Assembly (NCBI RefSeq): GCF_001194135.2
Contig: NC_068991.1
Location: 65,627,776 to 65,691,626, forward strand
Direction: 5' to 3'
Source of the DNA: Octopus bimaculoides
Taxonomy: Eukaryota
DNA: 63,851 nucleotides
Shown here one piece after another: positions 10,346 through 23,284 of the stretch. A program made the position numbers and the translations under genes. The notes beneath the pieces were generated by a model. The model was not told the origin of the DNA. It saw nothing but the letters and a program-made list of their open reading frames with translations, and did not search any database. Numbering within the stretch: position 1 is the first letter of the stretch; every line of letters starts with the position of its first letter.

Positions 10346-11725
10346 ATTGATACCAACTTAGATTTCTGATTCTCTGTTTCATGATCAGAAAATCTCACAT
10401 CTCTCTTTCTTTTGTCACAAAGCACTTATAAATCTCTGTCAGCTTTCCCTCTCTGTTATGTATACACAACATCCAGCTTCTCTTACTGCCTTATCTGTTA
10501 CTGTTTCATGCACTCCTCTTTCTTCTAATCTTTTTCAAGGCTTGTCTTCTAGTTTTTATGACTTCATCCATTGTACTATTCCACCACCTTTTCACCTTCC
10601 TGGAATGAGACTATTGGGCATGGTTGTTTAAATGTTGGTGGTTTGGTATAACTGACTGGATATTGTACCTGTATTGGCTACAATTTATTTTGACACTACA
10701 GAATAATTCTAGTAACATGTAAATCATGAAGTTGGACGCTATTATCCTCATTATTATTTTATCATCATCATCATCACCACCACGACGTCCATTTTAGGTT
10801 AAAATTTCCATGCTAGTTATTGCTAGATTGATTTCATAGTATATATTATCCCGAACTGGAATACACCCTCGTTGTTTCATTTAATTTTTAAATAACGAAG
10901 AATGCTTTTAATTTAGATCACTTTAAAACAGTTTATATCATAAAACCAAGGACAGGCTCAAGTGGATTATAATTTGTAGGTCATAGATTATAATTTATAA
11001 TAATTTCTTTATGCTTGGTTCTATACAAAAATTAGTATTATCCAGACGACTGAAAAAATTAAGCGAAAAAAGATGAAATTAGTCAAGGGAAGTAATTCAT
11101 TTAAAGATCCATTAAAATAGTTATAATTATCTCCCTTGAACAATATTCACTGCAAGTTTAGACTTTAACAACACTCTTTTTGGTACGTAACTGTTTTCCC
11201 CTATGAGAACTAGCTTATGTTGCGTAAATTTTGATGTCTATGTGTTAGGTGGACAATTGGGATATTTTTTTAAGTAAGCAATTGTTTTTTGAATTTTGTG
11301 AAGAGCCAACTGGAATAAGGCTAAGTTTTTGTAATCCTCCCCCCATCCAGTCTTTATTTGTTTCTTTTTGGATTATCTATTAGGTTCTGACGTATTCACG
11401 AAGCGAAAGATGTACAGTTGGTTGGGTATGGTTGATTAAAGAGATCCCAGTAGCTATTTCTTTGACTCAGAGACAATATAAAAGTCGAACCTGATGGATA
11501 TTAAACTTTATTTTTATATCGAACTAGAAGATAAGAGAAGGGGAATAGGACGAGGTATGGATGGAGGAGAGAGAGGGAAGAGGAGGAGGAGGAAGAGGAA
11601 AGGAGGAGGCAGAAGAGGAAAGGAGGAGGCAGAAGAGGGAAGAAGGCGGTGGAAGGAGAGGAAAAAGAAGAAGAAGAGGTGAAAAAGAGGAGGAGTGTCT
11701 GTGACCTTTTCAAGAACCCTGAAAT

Positions 11726-11758
<33 letters not shown>

Positions 11759-13443
11759 GTATAAATAAACAAATAGAAAGATAGACAGAGTGAAAAATAG
11801 AGACAGACAGACAGACAAATAAATAGACAGACAGACAGACAGATAGATTGGTATATATATAGCTTACCCTACAGGTGTGTGACCTGGAGTGAGCCTTGCT
11901 GCTGGGTGTTATAGCTTATTTAGTGATTACTTTTGAACCAAGGGTTCTTTATTAGACTTCTTAATTCATATTTTTCTGCTCTTTCTTTCTTTCTTTCTTT
12001 CTTCCTTTCTTGATGCTCGTTAGTTTTCTGCTCTGTCATGATTACAGATCCTGGAAGCAGTAGATATGTTTCCGCACATCCAGCTCATTACATCAGTTCA
12101 AGCCAGATGCTTGTTATGTGTTAGTCCAGTGCCCAACCACTTTTTCTTTTTATCAGCTTATTACTTTTGTTGCTCAAATATTATTCAATAAAATAAAAAT
12201 TCTTTTTACTTGAAATTGTTCAGATTGGTATTCTTGTTGACTCCATTTTAACCTGTAGTATTACTATAAATTGAACTCAGCTACCAAAAAAGTATTTTAG
12301 CCTGTAGCTTTGATATAAATGGTGGAATATACCTAGCAAAAATGTAACTTATTCTGTAGGGTTTTTGTTTAACTGTAAATCATACCTGATCAGGTATGAT
12401 GTATTATCAAATGTATTGAGAAGACACGCCAAGCTAAGTAAAATCCTGGTTGTGGCTGGTGCTGGTGACATATGAAAGGCACTTGGGCCAGTGACATATA
12501 AAAAGTGCTCATGTCAGTGACATGTAAAAGGCACCCAGTACACTTTGTGGAATGGTTGTCATTAGGAAGGGCATCCAGCCATAGAAACCAAGCCAAAACA
12601 GACTGAGGTCTAGTGAAGCTCTTTGGTTTACCAGTTCCGACCTATGCCAACATGGAAAACGGATGTTAAATAATGATGATGATTCCAATTATGACCACTC
12701 AAGTAGTTTTTTTTTTCACATATAATATATCTAAAACTATGTTGTCCAATGTATCCAAGAAAAGTTTACATAAAATTTCTTGTTTTGCCATTAATTAATC
12801 TACAAACTGCTTGAAAAACGTAAATGGATAACAGTAAAAATTAGAAAGAAAAGAAAATAGTAACTAAATAAATATAAAATCATGTATTATTCCATCAATT
12901 ATACAACTACATCAGGAAATACTGGTTTCCCCTCTAAAAACTTTTGAGATGACCCCCTCTAAATTCATGGCATTACCATATATAAAGTGTTCTACATTTT
13001 TTAAGATGGTAAAATATGATTTTCAGAAGATTTGGTTGCTATTTCTAGTAGATCAAGCAACTTTACAGAGGTTTCCTCTGGTTAATATAAATGTTTTTTT
13101 AAAAATTTTCTTAAGGTTGGTAAGCTGGCAGAACCATTAACATGCCAGGCAAAATGCTTAGCAGCATTTCATCCAATCTTTTCATACTGAGTTTGTCTGT
13201 CCTTGTTTGTCCCCTCTGTGTGTAGCTCCTTGTGTGCAGTAAAGAAATAAGTATTTCATCCATCTTTTCGTACTGAGTTCAAATTTTGTCAATGTCAACT
13301 TTGCTTTCCATCCTTCCTGGGTCGATAAAATAAGTACCAGTTGAGCACTGGGGGTTGATGTAATCTACTTAATCCCTCTCCTAAACTTTGCTGACCTTGT
13401 GCCAAAACTTTAAACCGATATAAATGTATTCTTTATCCTGTAG

Positions 13444-13700
13444 GGGCGATGTAAATGGTTTAACGCAACTGCCAAAACTGAGGAAGAGATTGAAGAAGAT
13501 GAAGAAGAAGAACGAGAAGAAATGGAAGAACCTCAGCCTGAAATTGGCCCACCTCTATTAACTCCACTCTCTGAAGACATTAGTCTCAATGGAATAATAC
13601 CTTGGACATTATCTGCCTCATCGTCACTTATCCCACAGTATGCTGTTGCTGTATTAAAATCCAACTTATGGCCTGGTGCCAGTACTTTTTCCACAAGTAG
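13444..13700 (+). CDS. RSPH4A: RSPH4/6 coding exon (GRCKWFN...[13 protein letters not shown]...[25 protein letters not shown]), 257 nt, phase 0 to 2
   Basis: tttatcctgtAG acceptor and GTTAGT donor; GRCxWFN, LLTPxSED and SNLWPGA motifs. Confidence 0.97.
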
Positions 13701-14806
13701 GTTAGTATGTTCTCTTGTATGAGTTATACCAGAAAAGATATAGGACCATTCTTGTGAGAGTTACACCAAAATGTTTTCAAAAATTTTTAGAAAGCTTGGG
13801 GAAAAATCATTATATATATGTAAAGGTATGTTGAAGTGGTTCATTTAGACCCCTGTAAAAAATAAATCATCATCATCATCATCGTCATCGTCATTTAACG
13901 TCCGCCTTCCATGCTAGCATGGGTTGGACGATTTGACTGAGGACTGGTGAACCAGATGGCTACACCAGACTCCAATCTGATCTGGCAGAGTTTCTATAAC
14001 TGGATGCCCTTCCTAACACCAACCATTAAGCTCTTTACAGTGCTGTCTTTAAAATGGAAACTTTTTTGTCATGCATATCACACCAGGAAAATGAGAATTA
14101 TGACCACAAACATTGTTATCCAGCAAATTCATTAGCAGTTTTCAAAATTTCAGGTCCACTATAAATAAACACAATGAGACTTTTTTATGCTGCTCTGGAG
14201 AAATTCAGAGAAATTAGCTGTTAATATTTTCAGGTTATTTGGTACACTGCCACATATGTCACAATTTTTGGATCCTCCTCAAAAAATTCAACATACATTG
14301 CAGATGAAAATCTTTTTATTTACTACCCGCCTAGGTTGTCGAACTACACTGTGAAAATGAATCGATATAATTCTTTTAAATGCTCAACACTAACAGCTTA
14401 GATATTTCCTACTTTGTATCTCTGACTGTCATGTACATCACAAGAGAATGGCCCTTGTATAAGTCAGTTGAGCTGATATTTTATTAATGGTGGGTTTAAC
14501 TAATGGAAAATATTAAAGCTCATTTTCACATCTAGATATAAGTTCTTACTGAGCTCTTTTTTTTTTTTGTTCCTACTTCAAGATCCATCAACACTTAGAT
14601 GAGGTGAATTCTACAACAAAAGAATGAATAGGCAGTCATGCATTTCTGTTATCTAATTGAATAGAAAAGCAAAAATAGAATAAAATTCTATTTTGCCATT
14701 GTGGTTTAAGGCTACAACCTGTCATCAGACAGGTAAACTGATGTTTGTTTGTTTTAGTTGTTTTATAGTTGTTTTTTTTTTTTCTTTCCCGTTTTAATCA
14801 TTGCAG

Positions 14807-15035
14807 GAAATTTGAAAACATTTACCTTGGCTGGGGTCACAAGGCAGCGGCTGAAAACTACACCCCACCTCTAATACCAGCCCCAATGGAAGAATACTTA
14901 GATGGGCCAGAAGTGATCGAGATTGATGATCCATCTCCAGAGCAAGAAGCTGCCTTGAGAGCTGAGCAGCAGGCTAATGCCGCAGCTGAAGAAGAATTAG
15001 AAGAAGAGGAGGAAGAGGAAGAAGAAGAGGCTTAA
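14807..15035 (+). CDS. RSPH4A: RSPH4/6 last coding exon ([76 protein letters not shown])
   Basis: Long polypyrimidine tract and ttgcAG acceptor; KFENxYxGWGHK and GPExxExDDPS motifs; acidic tail; TAA at 15033-15035. Cannot distinguish RSPH4A from RSPH6A (probably a single co-orthologue). Confidence 0.97.
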
Positions 15036-15086
15036 AACTTTAAACAAAACTTTAGATATCCCAGAACTATTTATTTTTCTAGTTTC

Positions 15087-15152
15087 AATAAATCATATGT
15101 TTGGCGAATTTACAGGTGTGAAACAATTCTATAACAACTGTCTCTTAATAAA
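15087..15152 (+). terminator. Candidate poly(A) signals of RSPH4/6
   Basis: AATAAA at 15087-15092 and 15147-15152, followed by a T/GT-rich stretch around 15180-15230. Confidence 0.6.
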
Positions 15153-15789
15153 ATCATGATTGCCATTTCAAATACATGTGTACTGCTGTTACGTTCACTT
15201 TTGCTTTATTTTGTTATGATGATGTTTGGCATTCTCTTACTTATGATGACAACGGTTCCAGTTGACCTGATCAATGGAACAGCCTGCCCGTGAAATTAAC
15301 GTGCAAGTGGCTGAGCATTTCACAGACATGTGTACCCTTAACACAGTTCTAACCTTTCATATCTGACACAAGATCACCCCCTCCAATGCCCCCTTTCCTT
15401 GCAAATGACTTTTGGTCTTGCAAGTTTCTTGGTGACTCTGCCAGTGCTGGTGCCACATAAGAAGCATCCAATCCACACTGTAAAGTGGTTGGTGTTTGAA
15501 AGGGCATCCAGCTGTAAGGAATCATACCAAAACTGACCTCACCTGTGCTGATGCCACATAAAAAGCACTCAGTCCACTCTGCAAGCTGGTTAGTGTTACG
15601 AAGGACATTCAATCATAAAAACCATGCCAAAAACAGACACAGAAGTCTGGTGCAGTCTTCTGCCTGGCTGACTCCTGTCAAACTGTCCAACCCATGCCAG
15701 CATGGAAGGTGGATGTTAAAGAATGATAATGATGATAATATACAAACTATGCAAAGTCTGGAGGTATGAAAGATGAACCTGAGTATAAA

Positions 15790-16500
15790 GAGGAGGCGGA
15801 GAAAGTAGCGATACAGTGAGCACTGTCCACCATGTCACCCTCGGCCTAGCTGGGACTTTGCACCAGCCACAGATTTGGTCAGTGGCCTCCAGTAGATTGT
15901 CCATGGGAACTTCCAATTGTCCTTTAAGTTATATGTCCCTTCCTCCTCTCTATCATCAGAGGCTTCTATTAGAATCTCTAAATTTCTGCTGGTTTGCTGG
16001 GTTTTTGAGTTTCCATAATCCTTTCTAGTATGGTTTATTTCTCCAAGACTTTCTAGCCCTAATTCTGAAGTCACTAACTAGCAGCCTATGTTGGGGTGTA
16101 CACTGTTCACCTGAGAAAGACTTTGCATTTCTGAGCATCTGCCTATCTCATTGCCTGGTGAAGAGATAATCAACCTGGTTTATGTTCCCACCTGGCTAAT
16201 AAGTGATTAGGTGGCTGACTGGTTTTCTGAAGTTCATGTAGCAGATCATGAGATCATTTGCATTACAGAACTCCAGTAGACTTGTTCCCTTCTCATTCCT
16301 GGGGTCAAAAGCCATAACCACCACATACACCCATGGGAATGCTGCCCAACGTGTCCATTAAAGTGGTCAGCCACAATAACTAAGACTCTGCCATTTGTCG
16401 TTGAGGTTGTCTGCAGAATGACCTCATAGAATTGGTCTTTCTGGTCATCAGCCCCTGTCCAGCCTGTGGAACATAGGCAAAGATAGGGACAATGTTTTAG
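15790..16500 (-). pseudogene. Decayed RTE-type LINE apurinic endonuclease region
   Basis: Frameshifted DDQKDQFYEVILQ...VIVADHFNGHVG (GDFNGHVG-like) and DNLLEATDQICGWCKVPARPRVTWW. Confidence 0.75.
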
Positions 16501-16715
16501 ACATTGGACTATGGCCATTCTGGGGCACCATCTTGAAAGGTTTTAGTTGTTGAATAAATCAACTACGGTACTTATGATTTTTTATTTGTTTTTCTTTTTT
16601 TTTTTTAGTCTAGTACTTTATCAGACTCTTGGTGAACTACTAAGTTAGAGGAACATAAACAAACCGATACATGTAAAAAGGGGGAAGTGGGCAACAAGCA
16701 CAAGCACACAATATA

Positions 16716-16834
16716 CAGGGTGGTCCAAAAGTCATGCACCAAGACATTTGACATTATATTTATATTATTCATTTTGTTCATTATGTACAAATGTGTGTAT
16801 TGAACTCATTTTGTGTGATTTTTGGCCCACCTTG
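16716..16834. mobile_element. 119-bp Tc1/mariner-type mini-MITE
   Basis: TA TSDs; TIR CAGGGTGGTCCAAAAGTCA versus the reverse complement of the right end, CAAGGTGGGCCAAAAATCA. Confidence 0.7.
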
Positions 16835-17056
16835 TATTATATATATATATATTTTACTTGTTTCAGTCATTTGACTGCAGCAATACTGGGGCACCACCTT
16901 GAAGGGTTTTAGCTGAACAAATTGCCCTCAGAATAGTTTTTTTTTTAAGCCTAGAACTTGTTCTTTTGGTCTTTTTGCCGAACTGCTAGATTATGACGAC
17001 ATAAATACACCAACACCAGTTGTCAAGGAATGGGGGACAAAGATACACACACATAT

Positions 17057-17093
<37 letters not shown>

Positions 17094-17543
17094 GGCTTCT
17101 TTCAGTTTCCATTTGCAAAATCCAATTACAAGGCTTTGGTTGGCCCAAGATGATAGAAGACGCTTGCCCAAAGTGCCACACAGTGAAACCGAACCTGGAG
17201 CCATGTGATTGGAAAGGAAGTTTCTTACCACACAGCCATGCCTGCACCATATATATTTATGTGCTTGTCACCCACCTCCTCCTTTTACATGTGTTGGTTT
17301 ATGTTCCCATTAACTTAGCAGTTCAGCTAAAGAGTCTGATAAAGTACTAGATTAAAAAACAAAAAAAAAAAGTTAAAACACCATAAGTACCAGGACTGAT
17401 TTATTCAACAACTAAAATCCCTTCAAAATGATGCCCCAGAATGGCCATAGTCCAATGTCTGAAACGATTAGATGATAAAAGAAAAACAGAAAAACAAAAT
17501 CAAAAAATAAAGTAACAAAAATACGTAATATGTAACAAAGTAG

Positions 17544-17560
17544 TTTATTGACATTTTATT
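17544..17560 (-). terminator. Minus-strand poly(A) signal pair with a downstream U/GU-rich element
   Basis: tttatt at 17544-17549 and 17555-17560 (AATAAA on minus). 17480-17525 reads as a U/GU-rich tract on minus. Confidence 0.5.
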
Positions 17561-18820
17561 CACATGTTTCCAAAACACACAAGCATTTGGTTAGATGGAA
17601 GCAGTCTATTTACATTTGACACTGCATTGTACATCAAAACTTGAGAGGAGCAGGCATTGAACAAAGAAAAAAAAAGTGATAATTCTAATTAAAAATAAGA
17701 ATAAGATGTCAAAATAATAATAATAATTATTATAATAAAATAAAAATAAATGATTGATTGTTTCAGAATTGAGTTTCCATATTTAAAATTCCATAATTGT
17801 TTTAAGAGATGAATATTTTCATTTATCCATAAAATTTATTAATCTCAATTTTTTTTTTAATATATTTCTGTATATCATTATTATTATTAGTTTTAGTTTA
17901 TTTATGTATGATTTTTTTTTTCTCTCTTTTCTTTTAGAAAAGAAATATTTTAAGTATTATTTACAGCATTTAATGTCAAGGCTGAGCCATAACAGAAGTG
18001 AAAAAAATGTTCTGAAAGGAAAAAAAAAAGAAAGTTGTTATGATGAGAAAAAGAAAAGCTGTTGGGAGACAAAAATAAAACAAAAACACAAAAAAATTTT
18101 TTAACAATGTTTTTGCAATGCTTTTTCAGTAAGAAACTGGAACTAAATGGAAATCGAGACAAGCACCAACAGCAAAGATGGTAAAAGTACACTCAATGTA
18201 TCCATATGGAAAATAAAATAGAATTTCTTTAAAACTTCTGAAGTACAGGGAAGTGATTGTGTGTGCTTGTGTTTCAACTACAGTTATTATCCAACACTAT
18301 AACTTTTCAAACTATTAACTTCGTCTTTGGAGAGAAAAAAAAATATTTGAATATTTACATCTATACTACACTTCAACTGATTTGATCTCTGATCCTTGGG
18401 TGCAATGTACACATGCAGGAATGATGGTTGGAGACAAAACCAAAAGCAATGTAGCGTAGATGAGAATGTTAAAAAAACAGTTCAATGTGAAGATTAAGCT
18501 AGTAGTACAAGAACTAATATTAACAGTATCATCCATTGTTGTAATTTTATTTCAGTATAGTCTATATTTGTCTAAATTTATTATTTCTTTTACTAATAAT
18601 AACACAAAAATTCTGAGGAAACTAAACTGCTATATATATATATGTATGTATGTATGTATGTTATACATACATTTCATTTAATAACAGTTTGATTCAGCTT
18701 CATGCAACTTAAATTTTTGTAGGTTCACCAAACGAACCTAATTTGTCAGGCTCATAGAACCAAATCTGAAACTTCTACCAATTGTTTCAAGTGCTACTTT
18801 CTTTCATTTGTCCACTCAAT

Positions 18821-18825
<5 letters not shown>

Positions 18826-18884
<59 letters not shown>

Positions 18885-18936
18885 TATACATGGTGGTGGC
18901 CCAGCATGGCCACAACCCTTGAGTTGGTATACAAAG

Positions 18937-18968
<32 letters not shown>
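18826..18968. repeat. (TA)n microsatellites; other simple repeats include (GAT)n 672-717, (AAT)n 28415-28495 and 30191-30240, (GT)n 43903-43940 and 51570-51760, (GA)n 46277-46318
   Basis: Seen directly. Confidence 0.95.
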
Positions 18969-18970
<2 letters not shown>

Positions 18971-21900
18971 CTCAACTGGAAGGTGTACAGAATGCCACAC
19001 ATGGTAAATTCTTAATTTACTGAAATTTCCATTGCGGACAGAGAAGGAAAACAAACAATAAAAACCTTGTGATAATAGTTAAGAAACTCTGAATAAAGGG
19101 AGATAATTTTAAGAAATTAAAAAAAATAATTTCACTGTTGAATCAACATGCTTTAATATATATATCTATATAATCGTATTAGTAAAAACTGACAGTTAAT
19201 TAGGAACATCTCTATAATAAAGAAAACGTAAAGATTTCTCTAAGAGACTATATGGGGGTGGGGGGAGAAACTGTTTCTTTCCAGAATTGTGTGTGTGAGA
19301 GAAAGAGAGAGAACAGTGTAATAGATTCGGACTCAGCTACATAGTAGCCCACCCTCTTCAAAAGCAACATAGGGTTTATATGGTGCACCAAATCTTTATT
19401 GGCATATTATCTGAAATAACCCGACATAAATAGATAAATTTATTTATGCCCCTGATGCAACAGATTATATCAGAATCTTACAAAACATCCAGCTGGCTCC
19501 TACATATATGATGTGTTATTAAGAAAAGGGATTAAAAATAATGTTGATGGTTTCAAATTTTGGCATAAGGCCAGCTATTTTAAGGGAAAGAGTAAGTAGA
19601 TCACACTGACCCCAGTACTCAACTGGTACTTATTTAATCATCTCCGAAAGGATGAAAGGCAAAGTTAACCTTGATGGTCTCTTTGAACTCAGAATGTAAA
19701 GAGCTAAAAGAAAAGCTGCTAAGCATTTTGTCCAGTATGGTAATGATTCTAACAACTCACTACCTTAAGAAAAAAAAAAATTAAATTAAAAAAAAAAAAT
19801 TTTTTAAATACCTAGGAATAAAATTATTTAGAAGAAAAAAATCAAAGAAATTTTTGGAAAGACGGTTTAAAAAAAAAAAAATTCTGTTTTGCAAATTTTA
19901 ACTTTCTTTAAAACTGCCTCCCAATCAAATATTTAAGGTGTGAAAGAAACCTGGCAGACATTATCATCATCACCACCACATCACTAACTTCAATGTTAAT
20001 CTTAAGTCATTTTTGATAATCAATTCTTTTTCTACTTTCTTCTTAACATCATCATCATCATCATCATCATCTAGACTTAAGATTTAAGTTGTTTCACTGG
20101 TGCTACATTTTATTGATCCCAGAAGGATGAAAGGCAAAGTTGAACTCTGAACATAAAAAGCCAAAAAAAAAAAAAAAAAAAAAAAAAACCTGCAAAGCAT
20201 TTTGTCCAATGCTCTAACTACAGAACTAATTTTCAGAACAATGACAAGAAACACCACAGTACAAGATGATTTATCAATATATATATAACAAAATACAGAA
20301 TCTAAAATTTGCCATTCCAAGCAAAAATGTAAAATACTCTAAAATGATAGAGAAATTAAAATATTTATAAAGGCTTGAAGACTAAATTCAACCAATTGAC
20401 TCCGTTTTACAATTGATATTAAGAACAAATAGTTAATACTATTTTACATATATTTATACATACATGAATATATACATAGACATATATATCAAATATTTTC
20501 TATATACTCTGCACTGGATCACACTGGTTGTGGGAGAAGAGCATTCTGATTTCCATGATATTGGCAAAGGTTTATCATGCTACAGAGATTTAGATCAGAG
20601 AAATGGTTACCATTTAACTTATATACATTACATACAATCACTTATATATAAGGACATACATGTATAATATCAGTGGTAGTAATAGCTGTATGTCATCGGT
20701 ACAAAGATAGGACTTGATGCTAAGATAATAGAACAGGTGTATGTGTGCGTGTGTATATATATATATGCATGTGTATGCTTTATTATCTTAACAATTAAGA
20801 TTAATCATATAGTATCTATTAAATTTTAATCAAATTTAATAAATGCTCCAGTAATAAAACTTCCTCAGTTCAAAGTCATATTTTAGTGTTAATGATACAT
20901 TATAGATTTACCGACAATTATGTTCTGGTTAGATTAACCTAAACTTCATGCCAAAAACATAACTCAGCTGTTTCCAGTTGCTCATGCCCATTAATGGTGT
21001 GATCAATCTGAAATGGATCTGGTTAGCTTCATTTAGATATAAAACATCTTCAGCCACCAACTGATATCCAGTTCACAGAACATTTAAGAATATTTCTAGT
21101 AGAAACATTTAATAAAGGACAGCTCTAGTTGGCCAAGTAGTTAGAATGTTTCATAGAAATATTCAAGGATCATATCCCATCAATAATGCCGTGCTATGTG
21201 TCTAAGTCAAGACGTATCACTCTCAAATAGCCCAGCACACCTAAATGGGAAAACAATGGGAAAACATAGGTGACCACTATAAGCAGCAAGAGTTTTGTGC
21301 AACTAATTTCCAATATAACAAGGCCACACATTTTGGGGTAGGATACAGTCAATATGTGGTATATGAGAAGTACAACCACTGAAGAAAGAAAGGTAAAGAG
21401 GATTGGTGGAATTTGAAATCAGAAGAAACAGCAATAATATCACAAGATATTTTAGCCAATGCTAACAATTCTGTTAATCCACAGCTCTGTAAGTATAAGT
21501 GCTTTATTATCTTACAGTGCTGAACTCAAATCCTTCCAAGTGTGTTGCTTGAGGAGAAAGGAGATCCACCAAGCTGACTTGCTCTTAATAAAATACACCA
21601 TGAAACAGTGGTGTAGCTACAATGTGTGCCACTCAGGACAGCCCTTGAGTTATACAGGTTTATATAGAAGACCCAAAAGTACTACCGCTATAAAAGTGCT
21701 CACCAGGGCAGATCTACATTCTTGTCTCCCATAGCTTTGCTATGAACGTAAAATATTATGATCTAATATCTTAGCAACAATCCACATCTAGTTGGCAACT
21801 GACTTACTTTACTACATATTTTTTTAAAAGATCTATTTATCAAAATATTGTAAAATTCCATGAAATATTATAAATCTATGCAATTAGCAGTCTCTTAGAA

Positions 21901-23248
21901 ACTACAGAAATACAAATTTGCAATCTGCTTCCATGTACAGAGCTGTCAACATTTATGGCCTCCACAGAGCTATTCATCATTAATTACTGTCGTAGCCAAA
22001 TGAAATATATTCTCTAGAATGTTTGACTTGAACATTTATGAATGTTTATAGGAAATGACAAGCCTTGGCAGTAATGCTTTTGGCAAAGCCATAAATGACA
22101 GGACTGAAGCTGTTGCAACTGACAGTTGAAACAATGTGGAACCATCTGCTGCACCATCATATTTTACTTTTCATAATGTTGGTCTTTTTCATGACTAGAA
22201 ACCAAGGTGCCATATTTTGTTATTGTATATATATATATATAGGAGATACAGTGATACACATGCATTTCCTAAAGGCATTTTTAGTGTTAGTGAAATGACA
22301 TGGCTTTAATTGGGGACCAATATTATACTTCAGTCTTGTGAGAAGATTACTATTTCCTTTATAATACTTCCCATTAATCTTTCATGTTTCAGTCATTGGA
22401 CTGCAGCCATATTAGAGCACCACACCTTGAAGGACTTAGCTGAACAAATTGACCCCAGTAATTATTTTTTAAGACTGGTACTTATTCCATCAGCCTTTTT
22501 TTGCTGAACTGCTCAGTTATGGGGATACAAACAAACCAACACCAGTTGTCAAGCAATGGTAAGGAGACAAACAAAACATCCATAATGGGATTCTACATAG
22601 TTTCATATACTAATGTTAAAACAATTTCTCACTTATAGATAATGCCACAGATTATATTCCAGTAGATTTGGATTAATCAACCTCGCTAATACTTTCTTAC
22701 ATAGATACAAGATTTCAAATTTGATGGAAGGGGACAAATATATTGACCCCAGTATCTGACTCGTACTCGTTTTATCAACCCAAGACAGATGAAAGGCAAA
22801 AATCAACCTCAGCAAGATCTAAACTTAGAATATTAACAGACATGGCTAAATACCTAAGGCATTTTTAATTAACCTCGGGAGGATTTAGTAATGGTCATCA
22901 TTTCTAAACTAGGAATAAGACCAGAAATTTGGGGTAGGAGTTAGTTGATTAAATCGACCCCAGTATTTAACAGGTACTTTATCAACCCTGAAAGGATAAA
23001 AAGGTAACGATGACCTCTACAGGATTTGAACTCGGACTGTAAAGAGCTAGAATATATACTGCAAGGCATTTTATCCGATGCTCTAACAAATTAATGAAAT
23101 ATTTCTGGGAAGTCTTTAGTCCTAATTTCTTATGAAATTCAACAGTTATAAAATATTTTTTAGCAAAAAAATCTTGATCTTTCAATCTCAGGTATGCCAT
23201 CTTCTTTCCTCATACTGCTGCTACTTTTATAAACTGTTTTACAAGATA

Positions 23249-23284
<36 letters not shown>

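Noticed and set aside
9851-10425. 172-aa and 125-aa ORFs with poly-T/M/V/I tracts
   Set aside because: Microsatellite translation; only the first 21 codons overlap the real RSPH4/6 exon.
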